Positions 40,883 to 49,937 of a stretch of 64,000 nucleotides of DNA are shown here, in pieces. The position numbers and the translations under genes are program-made. Source of the DNA: Candidatus Uhrbacteria bacterium (GTDB lineage Bacteria; Patescibacteriota; Patescibacteriia; UBA9934); assembly GCA_963822405.1 (NCBI GenBank), contig CAWGHH010000001.1:227717-291716 (forward strand). The letters run 5' to 3'. The notes beneath the pieces are model-generated. The model saw nothing but the letters and a program-made list of their open reading frames with translations, was not told the origin of the DNA and searched no databases. The number at the start of each line of letters is the position of its first letter. Positions within the stretch are counted from its first letter, which is position 1.

Positions 40883-41323
40883 ATGCCGCGGAATCAATTT
40901 GTCGTTCCTCAGTTTCTTGATATCGAGCCGAGAATCATCGGTCCGATTACGGCTAGACAATTTATTATCATGTTAGTGGTAGTGTTAGTTGATTTTGCTG
41001 TTTATAGAATTTTCGCCAATAACATTCCCGTACTTCTCTTGCTCGCACTGCCAATTACTGGTCTTGGTGGAATCTTTGCCTTTGGAAAAGTTAATGGACA
41101 GCCGTTTCATGTTATTTTCTTGAACGTTATTCAAACAATTCGTCGACCCGGAAAACGCGTGTGGGATAAGACAATTTCTGACGCTGAGTTAAAAGTGCTG
41201 ATGTCGCTTGAAACGCTTCCGCCACCTGTTGTTAAGACGCGCAAAGGGCCGCTTGAAGGGTCCAGACTGTCAGAGTTGACCCTGATTGTGAATACTGGCG
41301 GCGTTTACGGTGGGGACGAATAA
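40883..41323 (+). CDS. PrgI/VirB3-like small membrane protein
   Basis: 146 aa with two TM helices (FIIMLVVVLVDFAVYRIF; VLLLLALPITGLGGIFAF); positioned directly upstream of the VirB4-like ATPase, as in Gram-positive-type T4SS loci. Confidence 0.4.
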   Translation: MPRNQFVVPQFLDIEPRIIGPITARQFIIMLVVVLVDFAVYRIFANNIPVLLLLALPITGLGGIFAFGKVNGQPFHVIFLNVIQTIRRPGKRVWDKTISDAELKVLMSLETLPPPVVKTRKGPLEGSRLSELTLIVNTGGVYGGDE

Positions 41324-41334
41324 TAAAACGGTTT

Positions 41335-42030
41335 ATGGCTATCCCAAAAAATAAACTCGCTAAGCCTAAAGTTGGACCTCCGACTCAAAGATTTCTTGAT
41401 ATTGCGGAAATTCGGGAAGATACAGTGGTGATGAAGGATGGAACCTTGAGAGCAGTGTTATTAGTGTCGAGCATTAACTTTGCCCTGAAAAGTGAAGACG
41501 AACAGCAGGCAACTATCCAAGGCTACATGCAATTTTTGAACGGTCTTGAGCATCCTATTCAGATTTCCATTCAATCTCGTAAGATGAATGTTGATGCGTA
41601 CATGCAGAAGATGAAGACCCAGGAGGAGACTATTAGCAATGAATTATTGAAGGGGCAAATTCGTGACTACATGTCATTTGTGTCAGAGCTGGTTGAGCTT
41701 GGCGAGATTATGCAGAAGCGCTTTTTCTGCATTATTCCGTATGATCCAATTGAGGCCGGACAGAAAAGCGGGTTTGTTCAGAGATTAACTGCGGCTATCT
41801 CGCCAGCAGCCATGTTGAAACTAAACGCTAAGCAGTTCCGAGACCGTCGGGATGTGCTTGTTCAGCGTGTAGGAAACATTGCTGGCGGTTTGCAGAGCAT
41901 GGGTTTGCAGGTAGTCCAGCTTGATACGCAGGGACTGATTGAACTTTATTACAATTCCTATAATCCAGGAGCGGCGGATGAGCAAAAGCTCGCCCCGATT
42001 GAAAAGCTCCAGGTTGAGACTCGCTTTTAA
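41335..42030 (+). CDS. hypothetical protein, T4SS-associated (VirB4 N-terminal-like motif)
   Basis: FLDIAEIREDTVVMKDGTLRAVLLVSSINFALKSEDEQ resembles the N-terminal motif of VirB4/TrbE proteins. It is a separate ORF; frame 0 of the next gene has a TGA at 42015-42017 upstream of its ATG. Confidence 0.4.
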   Translation: MAIPKNKLAKPKVGPPTQRFLDIAEIREDTVVMKDGTLRAVLLVSSINFALKSEDEQQATIQGYMQFLNGLEHPIQISIQSRKMNVDAYMQKMKTQEETISNELLKGQIRDYMSFVSELVELGEIMQKRFFCIIPYDPIEAGQKSGFVQRLTAAISPAAMLKLNAKQFRDRRDVLVQRVGNIAGGLQSMGLQVVQLDTQGLIELYYNSYNPGAADEQKLAPIEKLQVETRF

Positions 42031-42032
42031 GT

Positions 42033-43952
42033 ATGGCTTTTAACGTCGAAGACCTAAAAAAACAGCCTACTAGCGTGGCCACTAAAGCCCGCAAGCTTTC
42101 CGTTCAAGAAATGAAGGCTACAGAAGAGCGAGCGACCCTTGAGGAGGAACGGTCTTTTAGGCGAGGCACGGTTAGCGTTCGTGATCTAATTGCGCCAGCG
42201 TCTTTTGAGGTGCAGTCAACATATTTGGTAGTTGGTGATCGGTTTTGCCGGACACTATTTGTGACCACTTATCCACGTTACGTTGGTATTGGTTGGGGCG
42301 CGCCGATCATTAACTTCAAGGGAACAATTGATATTGGCATGTTCGTGTACCCAGTGAAGAGTGAGGTAATTTTGAAGCAACTACGTGACAAAGTTGGTCA
42401 GATTGAGTCGCAGATTGTATCTGATAATGAAACGGGGAAGCCACGTGATCCTATTCAAGAAACTGCGCTGCGTGATGTTGAGCAACTTCGAGATGACCTA
42501 ACGCAGGGAATCGAGCACTTCTTTCAGTTCGCTTTTTACGTGACCATGTATTCAGATAGCAAAGAGAACTTGGATAAGCGAACAGAAGAAATCGAAGCAA
42601 TATTTGGCGGAAAACTTATTTATTCAAAGCGTGGTTTGTATCAGGCCGAGCAGGGATTCAATTCGACATTGCCGTTGTGTAATGATGAGCTAATGGTTCC
42701 GTTTAACATGAATACGAGCCCGATTGCCTCGTCATTCCCATTTATCTCGTCTGATGTATCTAGCGACAATGGAATTCTTTATGGCATTAACCGCCACAAT
42801 AACTCGTTGATTTTGTTTGATCGTTTTTCGTTGCAGAATGCAAATTCGATCGTGTTTGCTACTTCCGGTGCGGGTAAAAGCTACTGTGTGAAGCTCGAAA
42901 TTTTACGCTCGATGATGATGGGCACGGACGTCATTGTTATTGATCCAGAAATGGAATATCGCCAGCTATCAGATGCTGTTGGCGGTACTTATGTGAACGT
43001 TTCGCTTTCTTCCCAAGCTCGCATAAACCCATTTGATCTTCCAAGGCCAAAAGGCGAAGAAACTTCTGTTGAAGATATTTTGCGTAGTGCGGTTATTACG
43101 CTCAAGGGGCTTCTGCGTATCATGATTGGTAAGCCAATGGGGGAGAAGGCGGTGCTTGGTTTTACGCCGGAAGAAGATTCGTTGCTTGACCGGGCCTTGC
43201 TTGAAACTTACGCCAAGAAAGATATTACGGCTGATTTGCCAAGCATGCTCGGTATCACTGAGTACCCAACGCTGAGTGACTTGGTCGAAATCTTAGAGGG
43301 CATGGAAGGCGGAGAGAACCTGGTAGCGAGATTAACAAAGTTTACTTCGGGGACTTTTGCCGGACTGCTGAACTCGCCAACTACGGTTGAGATGAGAAAT
43401 CAGCTAGTTATTTTCTCAGTGCGTGACCTTGAGGATGAGCTGCGTCCAATGGCTATTTATACCATTGTTAACTATATCTGGAACGTGGTTCGCTCGGAGC
43501 GGAAGAAGCGCATTTTGACTATTGATGAAGCGTGGTGGTTGATGCAAAATGAGGACTCGGCTAAATTTATCTTTGCCCTGGTCAAGCGTGCGCGCAAATA
43601 TTATCTAGGCGTGACGACTATTACGCAGGACGTTAATGACTTTTTGCGCAGCCAGTATGGTCAAGCGATTGTGACTAACTCGTCCATGCAGATTTTGCTT
43701 AAGCAATCACCGGCGGGCGTAGACACAATTTGCAATACTTTTAACTTAACCCAAAGTGAAAAGTATTTGTTGCTTGAGGCTGCTATTGGCGAGGGCATCT
43801 TCTTTGCCGGTCAGAAACACGCGGCTATTAAGATCGTTGCCTCTTATACAGAAGACCAGATTATTACGACTAATCCAGAGCAGTTACTGAAGATTGAGCG
43901 CGCCCGGGAAGAATTGCAAAAGTCATTGCAGAATGACGCCGATAAGAAATAA
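42033..43952 (+). CDS. VirB4/TraC/PrgJ-like type IV secretion ATPase
   Basis: Walker A FATSGAGKSYCV, Walker B ILTIDEAWWLM, and the conserved YPRYV...GWGAPII region. Confidence 0.75.
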   Translation: MAFNVEDLKKQPTSVATKARKLSVQEMKATEERATLEEERSFRRGTVSVRDLIAPASFEVQSTYLVVGDRFCRTLFVTTYPRYVGIGWGAPIINFKGTIDIGMFVYPVKSEVILKQLRDKVGQIESQIVSDNETGKPRDPIQETALRDVEQLRDDLTQGIEHFFQFAFYVTMYSDSKENLDKRTEEIEAIFGGKLIYSKRGLYQAEQGFNSTLPLCNDELMVPFNMNTSPIASSFPFISSDVSSDNGILYGINRHNNSLILFDRFSLQNANSIVFATSGAGKSYCVKLEILRSMMMGTDVIVIDPEMEYRQLSDAVGGTYVNVSLSSQARINPFDLPRPKGEETSVEDILRSAVITLKGLLRIMIGKPMGEKAVLGFTPEEDSLLDRALLETYAKKDITADLPSMLGITEYPTLSDLVEILEGMEGGENLVARLTKFTSGTFAGLLNSPTTVEMRNQLVIFSVRDLEDELRPMAIYTIVNYIWNVVRSERKKRILTIDEAWWLMQNEDSAKFIFALVKRARKYYLGVTTITQDVNDFLRSQYGQAIVTNSSMQILLKQSPAGVDTICNTFNLTQSEKYLLLEAAIGEGIFFAGQKHAAIKIVASYTEDQIITTNPEQLLKIERAREELQKSLQNDADKK

Positions 43953-43955
43953 TTT

Positions 43956-44519
43956 ATGACCAGAAAAAGTGAAATCGGTTTAGCTGTTGGAGTTTTAGTC
44001 TTATTGATTATTGTTGTTATTGCATTCATGCTTCGTCAGCCGGTAAAGTCTGCCATCGTGAGCGACGCAAGCGTCGTGCCAATCACCACTTCGAATGGTA
44101 CGCAGCTTCCCCCTCCCGGGGGGATAGAGGGGGTCGTTCCCGCGCCCGTTGCCAATCCTCAAACCGCTACCATGATTTTCGTTGAACGGTTTTCGAGCTA
44201 TTCGTCAGAATCTAATTTTGCGAATGTGAAAGATGTGTTGTCACTTGTGACAGCTAGCTTATCTACTAAGATCCAGGCTGTAGCCACTGAACAACGTGCG
44301 AAGGGAATAGATCAAGCCTATTACGGGATATCGACTAAAGTTATTTCACAGAACGTGCAGGAACAGACGGACACAGTCGCTACTATCATAGTTAGCACCC
44401 AACGAGCTGAGTCGATCGGCAGTCCAAGTAACGCCACTGTTCGTTATCAAGATGTTACAGTTAAGCTCATAAAAGAAGGCGAAGCATGGAAAGTGGACGA
44501 TTTCACCTGGGCAATTTAG
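43956..44519 (+). CDS. membrane-anchored hypothetical protein (end of T4SS-like cluster)
   Basis: N-terminal TM anchor LAVGVLVLLIIVVIAFML. Carries a GC-rich palindromic insert encoding PPPGGIEGVVPAP. Confidence 0.4.
   Translation: MTRKSEIGLAVGVLVLLIIVVIAFMLRQPVKSAIVSDASVVPITTSNGTQLPPPGGIEGVVPAPVANPQTATMIFVERFSSYSSESNFANVKDVLSLVTASLSTKIQAVATEQRAKGIDQAYYGISTKVISQNVQEQTDTVATIIVSTQRAESIGSPSNATVRYQDVTVKLIKEGEAWKVDDFTWAI
44107..44135 (+). repeat. GC-rich palindromic element TTCCCCCTCCCGGGGGGATAGAGGGGGTC (in frame)
   Basis: CCCCCTC/GAGGGGG inverted termini; same family as 44998-45056 and (reverse complement) 63293-63322. Confidence 0.5.
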
Positions 44520-45175
44520 TCGAGCCGTTCTTAAACGCAATTTTTCCGCGTTATTGTGTTTCGTGTAAACAGGAAGGATCTTTACTCTGTTCTTCTTGTT
44601 TTGCAGATTTTGATGATCGAGTATTTAAGGTCGAGGACAGCCATTTAACAATGTTCGCCTACGGCAACCCGATTATTCGTGATCTGATCAAGGCGTATAA
44701 ATATGACTTTGATCATTCGGCCTTTAGAATCTTGCAGCGTCTGGCCGAGCCGGAGATGCAAATTTTGAAGTCTTTTATTGGTGAAGGAATTCTGACACCC
44801 ATCCCACTGGCTTCATTGCGATTCCGAGAGAGGGGATTTAACCAGGCCGAAGAAATTGGTTGATGGCTCGCGAAATCAACTGGTGCGGAGATCTCTGATC
44901 TTCTAAAAAGGGAAGAAACAAGAGGCCACCAGGCTGAGCGTACCGTGGAAGAACGCGAAACGGCCATGGAACGGAGTCCGTTCAATATGGTTGCAACTTC
45001 CCCCTCCCAGGGGCTCGCCCGTAGGGCGGTCTACGCCCGAGGGGATAGAGGGGGTCTCAGTGTGGTTCTCATCGACGACGTCTGGACCACCGGTTCAACC
45101 ATGAAGGCGGCCGAAAGAACCTTGAAAAACAGCGGAATTGAGAATGTGAAATATATAACTTTAGCCAAAGGTTAG
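44486..45175 (+). pseudogene. comFC: ComFC-like phosphoribosyltransferase (competence protein F family) interrupted by an in-frame TGA at 44861-44863
   Basis: N-terminal Cys4 zinc finger (CVSCKQEGSLLCSSC), RERGFNQAEEIG motif, and a PRTase motif VVLIDDVWTTGSTM downstream. Both parts are in the same frame, separated only by TGA (EEIG*WLAKSTG). Confidence 0.55.
44998..45056 (+). repeat. GC-rich palindromic element, long variant (TTCCCCCTCCC-31 bp-GGGGATAGAGGGGGTC), in frame in the comFC-like gene
   Basis: Shares both termini with 44107-44135 but carries an extra internal 31-bp segment with its own imperfect palindrome (CTCGCCCGTAGGGCGGTCTACGCCCGAG). Confidence 0.5.
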
Positions 45176-45202
45176 TTGTTCGTTTGGGGATGGCACCCTT
45201 GC

Positions 45203-45223
45203 TAACGCGACTGAGTCGCGTTA
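45203..45223 (+). promoter_or_regulatory. candidate Zur/Fur-family operator: TAACGCGAC-tga-GTCGCGTTA
   Basis: Perfect 9-bp inverted repeat 13 nt upstream of the Fur-family gene ATG. Confidence 0.4.
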
Positions 45224-45235
45224 AGCTAAAGGGGT

Positions 45236-45676
45236 ATGCCAGATGAAAGAGTAGAGTCAGTCATCGGAGAAATGCAATATGAAGGATTCCGGATCTCTCC
45301 TCTTCGACGAGAAATTATTGATATTTTCCTTCGATATAAACCTCCACAATCGGCCGATGAATTACAGGTTATACTTAATAAACGAAAAGTTCTATTTCAC
45401 AGGGCTTCTCTATATAGGGAGTTAGAATTCTTGATTAATTGGAAATTCTTGGAAAAGGTTTTGTTCGGTGATGGTGTTACAAGATACGAAACATCCTGGC
45501 ATAAGCATCATCATCACTTGGTTTGTACTAATTGTTCGTCTTCAGTTGATGTCGAGTTTCCAGAGTCTCCTCTTGAGAAAGTTGCTGAAGTTGCGGCAGA
45601 CAAATATTCCTTCTCTATTAAAAGTCACACTCTTGAATTTTTCGGCCTATGTCAAAAATGCCAGTCTTCGCGATAA
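45236..45676 (+). CDS. zur: Fur family transcriptional regulator (Zur-like)
   Basis: Winged-helix N-terminus, HHHHLVCTNC metal site, and C-terminal CxxC (CQKC). Confidence 0.8.
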   Translation: MPDERVESVIGEMQYEGFRISPLRREIIDIFLRYKPPQSADELQVILNKRKVLFHRASLYRELEFLINWKFLEKVLFGDGVTRYETSWHKHHHHLVCTNCSSSVDVEFPESPLEKVAEVAADKYSFSIKSHTLEFFGLCQKCQSSR

Positions 45677-46326
45677 AAAACCTTGGCTACTCAGCCGGTG
45701 GCAACGTCATTTTAGACGGGGTCACGGTTGATATTCATGAAGGCGAATATCTTGGAGTGATCGGTCCAAATGGCGGAGGCAAAACAACTTTTTTGAAAAT
45801 ATTACTTGGGTTGATTGAACCAACCGAAGGTTCTATTGGGCGTAAGGTTGACCGCGCTCGCGTGGGCTACATTCCGCAACGCAGCAACACTATTGGCGAG
45901 CATTTTCCAGCTACCGTGAGAGAGATTATTGAAAGTGGTCAGACGCCAGTGAAGAAGAACGCTAAAGCTCTCGCTAGAGCCATAGACGCTACTGGCGTTA
46001 AACATCTTTTAGCTCGACGAATCGGTACTTTGTCTGGCGGTGAACGCCAGCGAGTTTTGATTGCTCGCGCCTTGTCAGCGGAACCAAAAGTGCTCATGCT
46101 TGATGAACCGACGAGCGCGATTGACGTTAAAGGCCAAGAAGATTTCTTTCACTTTGTCCGAGAACTACGAGACAAGTTGAAGCTTACGGTTATTTTAGTG
46201 TCGCACGATGTTGATGTTGTATCACATGAAGTAGACGAAGTATTGTGTTTGAACCGTCACATGATTTGTCACGGTCCAACGGAGGAAATCATGCGTCATC
46301 CACACCTTATCCACGGACATAAATAG
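45649..46326 (+). CDS. znuC: metal (zinc/manganese) ABC transporter ATP-binding protein, ZnuC-like
   Basis: Walker A GPNGGGKTT, signature LSGGERQRV, Walker B LMLDEPTSAID. Confidence 0.8.
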   Translation: MSKMPVFAIKNLGYSAGGNVILDGVTVDIHEGEYLGVIGPNGGGKTTFLKILLGLIEPTEGSIGRKVDRARVGYIPQRSNTIGEHFPATVREIIESGQTPVKKNAKALARAIDATGVKHLLARRIGTLSGGERQRVLIARALSAEPKVLMLDEPTSAIDVKGQEDFFHFVRELRDKLKLTVILVSHDVDVVSHEVDEVLCLNRHMICHGPTEEIMRHPHLIHGHK

Positions 46327-46327
46327 T

Positions 46328-47368
46328 ATGGACAATGCTAATTACGCCCGTGCCAAGGTTTTGAACATCATCAAAGAAGGGGAGACTAATGATTCTAGTG
46401 GCTCGATGAAATTTCAGAATGTCACTCTTGAGATCCAAAGCGGAACTGAGCACGGTAAGATAGTAAATACTGAATACTCTACGGCCTCCGCCATTTTTGA
46501 TAAACAGAAATTACACACTGGTGAGCAGGTCGTTATTGCCAAGTCAACGGATTATCGCGGCGACACCTATGACGTCATGGACAGCTATAGATTGCCAATG
46601 GTTGGCGTATTCTTGTTGATTTTCTTTGTCCTGGCTGCTTTTTTTGGTAAAGGCAACGGGGCGCGCGCCGTGCTTGGACTTGGCGTCAGTTTGCTCGTCC
46701 TCATGTTATTCGTTGTCCCGCAAATCTTTGCCGGTCATAGTCCGCTTTTGATTTGTGGTCTTGGTTCGGCATTTATTGCGATCATTTCTATTCTCTTGTC
46801 GCACGGTTTGAATATCCGAAGTTACGTCGCTCTCGGGGCGACTCTATTTGCGCTCGTGGTTGCGTTCGTCTTCTCTGCGCTCGCCGTTCACTTGGCTGCG
46901 TTATCCGGGGGAGGAACCGAAGAGGCAATGTTCTTGCAACTAAACTATTTAACTAATGTCGATCTTCAAGGTCTGCTTTTGGGTGGCATGGTGATTGGTA
47001 CTCTGGGTGTACTCGACGATGTGACGACCGCGCAAGTGGCTGCCGTAGAAGAAATTCACAACGCCAATGACCGGTTTACCGCTGTTGAGTTATATCAGCG
47101 CGGGCTGTCTGTCGGGCGAGAGCATATCGCTTCACTCGTGAACACACTCGCTCTTGCCTATGTTGGCGCATCATTTCCAATTTTCCTGCTGTTCTCCATG
47201 CCAGACGCGCCACCACTATGGGTACTTCTGAATTCTGAGCAGATCATGGAGGAAATTGTCAGAGCGTTAGTTGGTGGGGGAGCTTTGATCTTGGCGGTTC
47301 CGATTTCAACTATCCTGGCCGCTTACATCTTTGCTGGACGAAAAATTAGAAAACAACACTATGATTGA
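46328..47368 (+). CDS. YibE/F family membrane protein
   Basis: N-terminal soluble region followed by 7-8 TM helices, with sequence character of PF07907. Confidence 0.55.
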   Translation: MDNANYARAKVLNIIKEGETNDSSGSMKFQNVTLEIQSGTEHGKIVNTEYSTASAIFDKQKLHTGEQVVIAKSTDYRGDTYDVMDSYRLPMVGVFLLIFFVLAAFFGKGNGARAVLGLGVSLLVLMLFVVPQIFAGHSPLLICGLGSAFIAIISILLSHGLNIRSYVALGATLFALVVAFVFSALAVHLAALSGGGTEEAMFLQLNYLTNVDLQGLLLGGMVIGTLGVLDDVTTAQVAAVEEIHNANDRFTAVELYQRGLSVGREHIASLVNTLALAYVGASFPIFLLFSMPDAPPLWVLLNSEQIMEEIVRALVGGGALILAVPISTILAAYIFAGRKIRKQHYD

Positions 47369-48167
47369 TTTTTTTAGCTCGGAATTGCTTTTAAGAGGTT
47401 TGCTGGCCGGTCTGGCTGTAGCCGCAGTCGCGCCAGTACTTGGTATCTTTTTGACGGTCAAGCGACAGTCGCTAATTGCTGATACCATTGCGCACTCTTC
47501 ATTAGCCGGTGTAGCCATTGGTATTGCTCTCGGCATTAATCCCATTATTGGCGCGGTCATGTTTGCGTTCCTAGCCGCCATTGTCATTCACTTGCTTGGA
47601 CGACGCGGGGGAATGCTGTCGAACGACGCCTCACTTGCGGTAGTTATGAGCGGTGGGTTGGCGCTAGCGGTAGTAATTTTGTCAGCGTCTGGTCAGCTTG
47701 ATACTGAGGCACTCGAATTTTTATTCGGCAATATTTCTAATGTTGGTATCCCGCAACTCACTGCAATTATTCTCGCCTCGACTACAGTATTATCATTCAT
47801 GATCCTGTTCTTCCGCGCCCTGTTCCTGATCGCCTTTGACGAAGACATTGCTCGCTCACAGGGAATGCGTGTAGACGCCTATAACCTCTTTCTAGCCCTG
47901 GCTACGGCCGTAGTGGTAGCAGTTGGCATGCAGGTAGTTGGCGTCTTGCTCATGGGTGCACTCATGATCATCCCTGTACTTGGCGCTCTAGAATTCGGTC
48001 GAAGTTTTAAGCAGACAACATTGATAGCTGTCATCATCTCTCTGTTGAGCGTTTTCATTGGCATGTATCTCGCTTTCACCTTTAATCTCGCCGCTGGAGG
48101 AACAATAGTCCTTGTAGCTATTGGTTTCTTTGTTTCTGGCCTGACCGTTAAGGCTCTTAGGCAATAG
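47361..48167 (+). CDS. znuB: metal ABC transporter permease (ABC-3 family, ZnuB-like)
   Basis: 8 TM helices with the ABC-3 family permease signature regions. Confidence 0.75.
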   Translation: MIDFFSSELLLRGLLAGLAVAAVAPVLGIFLTVKRQSLIADTIAHSSLAGVAIGIALGINPIIGAVMFAFLAAIVIHLLGRRGGMLSNDASLAVVMSGGLALAVVILSASGQLDTEALEFLFGNISNVGIPQLTAIILASTTVLSFMILFFRALFLIAFDEDIARSQGMRVDAYNLFLALATAVVVAVGMQVVGVLLMGALMIIPVLGALEFGRSFKQTTLIAVIISLLSVFIGMYLAFTFNLAAGGTIVLVAIGFFVSGLTVKALRQ

Positions 48168-48176
48168 GAAAACTAC

Positions 48177-49937
48177 TTAACTCTTGCTCTCTCTGTGTAG
48201 TAACATGTCGATCGCTTCTTTGAGCGATCCCGCTGGGATAATTTCTCCTCCGTTTACAAAGAATATTTCGTCGGCATTCTCGATCGTGTTGAGTCGATGG
48301 GCGATGATGATGCGCGTGGTTTCTTTCGGGAGTGCGTTTAATGCTTCGCCGAGTAGTTGCTCGGTGACGGTGTCGATGTTCGCGGTGGCCTCGTCGAGGA
48401 TCAAGAGTTCTGGTTCACGCAAGATGGCGCGCATGAAGGCTAGGATTTGTTTTTGACCGGCTGAAAGTGAGCCGCCAGTGTTGCCGATTTCGGTTTGCAG
48501 ACCCTTATCGAACCGCGCCACAAGTTTTGTGAGATCCATTTTCTCGAGCTGTGTTGTTAGCTCTTCGTCAGATACATCTGCCAGCTTTTCGTTTCCGTAA
48601 ATAATGTTGTCGCGCACTGTTCCATGAAAGAGGAACGGATCCTGAAGAATGAAGCCAATTTTTTGCGTGCGTTCGGCGCTAGAGTAAGAGCGAATGTCAC
48701 GGCCGTTAAGTAAAACCGTTCCCGATGTCGGGTCATATAAACGCGCCGCGAGTGACGCGGTTGTGGTCTTGCCACCGCCCGTTGGACCAACTAACGCGTA
48801 GGTTTTGCCGGTGTTGAATATGAGGTTTACATTGTGGAGTACGGATTTGCCATCGGGATAGCTGAATTGTACGTCCCTGAATTCGAGCATTGCGGCTTGG
48901 TGTAGGGGCAAGGCGCCGCCTTGCCCGTACGCCGAGGCCGCAATCACGCCCATATCTGATGACAATCCCATGATGTTCTCAATCCTGTCACCGGCGGCCA
49001 GTGCGCCTTGGAAGGACGCCCAGAATGACGCGATTTGGCGCACGGGGTCATAAAAGCGCGAGATATAGCTGAGCGAACTGACGAGGAGTCCAATGGTCAG
49101 TTGGCCGGACATAATGAGCGAGATGCCGTACGTGATAGCAATAAGCTGCGCGGCATTTCCCATGAGGCTGTAAATTGGGGAGAAGACGGTGTTCGCAATG
49201 CCTGCGCCAACAGCCGCGCCATAGTTTTTAGTATTCGCCTCGGCTAAATGTTTGCGGAAATAATCCTGGCGGTTAAAGGCGACCACAACTTTGAAGTTTT
49301 CTAGGCTTTCTTGAACCGCGCCACTGAACGCGCCGGTCATTTGCATGCTTTTCGCGTTCTGCTTCTTGATGATGCCAGAAGTTACCTGCGTAATAATTAG
49401 TAGGGCGAGGGCAGGAATAAGCGTAGCTACGCCAAGTTTCGTGTTAATCGACACGAGCGAGATAGCTGCGCCAATAATCATGAAACCGTTGCCCACAAAT
49501 TGCATGACGGCTTGAGAGAAAAATTGGTTCAGTTTGTCCGTGTCGTTGTTGATGCGTGAGATGAGATCACCGGCTTTATTCTGGTTGAAGAACGCCACTG
49601 GGAGTTCTTCCAGCTTGCCGAAGATCGCATTGCGCAATCGGAAGAGTACACGTTGTCCAACGGCGCCCATGGTGGTGGTCTGCACATAACCGGCAACGAA
49701 CGCTCCGAGGTAGATGAGGGTGAGTTGTAGGGCGACAACGTTTAGACCAGCAAGGTCATGGTGAATGATGTGCGTATCGATAGCATGCCCAATGAGCACC
49801 GGTGCTAAAAGATTTAAGCCGGAGTTCAATAGAATGGCGACGAGCGCAATGAACATTGGGAGCTTTTCGTCCTTGATAAACGGCCAGAAGAACCGGAGTT
49901 TGGCTTTGCTCGGAGTAGTATTAAGACTGTAGTTCAT
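48177..49937 (-). CDS. ABC exporter, fused permease/ATP-binding protein (type I exporter half-transporter)
   Basis: 6-TM N-domain; Walker A GPTGGGKTT, signature LSAGQKQILAFMRA, Walker B LILDEATANID. Confidence 0.85.
   Translation of the reverse strand: MNYSLNTTPSKAKLRFFWPFIKDEKLPMFIALVAILLNSGLNLLAPVLIGHAIDTHIIHHDLAGLNVVALQLTLIYLGAFVAGYVQTTTMGAVGQRVLFRLRNAIFGKLEELPVAFFNQNKAGDLISRINNDTDKLNQFFSQAVMQFVGNGFMIIGAAISLVSINTKLGVATLIPALALLIITQVTSGIIKKQNAKSMQMTGAFSGAVQESLENFKVVVAFNRQDYFRKHLAEANTKNYGAAVGAGIANTVFSPIYSLMGNAAQLIAITYGISLIMSGQLTIGLLVSSLSYISRFYDPVRQIASFWASFQGALAAGDRIENIMGLSSDMGVIAASAYGQGGALPLHQAAMLEFRDVQFSYPDGKSVLHNVNLIFNTGKTYALVGPTGGGKTTTASLAARLYDPTSGTVLLNGRDIRSYSSAERTQKIGFILQDPFLFHGTVRDNIIYGNEKLADVSDEELTTQLEKMDLTKLVARFDKGLQTEIGNTGGSLSAGQKQILAFMRAILREPELLILDEATANIDTVTEQLLGEALNALPKETTRIIIAHRLNTIENADEIFFVNGGEIIPAGSLKEAIDMLLHRESKS

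Noticed and set aside
41335-43952. 41335-42030 and 42033-43952 as one VirB4 gene split by a frameshift
   Set aside because: Frame 0 upstream of ATG 42033 hits a TGA at 42015-42017 within 6 codons and the first ORF ends cleanly 2 nt before the ATG, so an operon junction is more parsimonious. The VirB4-N-like motif in the first ORF is still noted.
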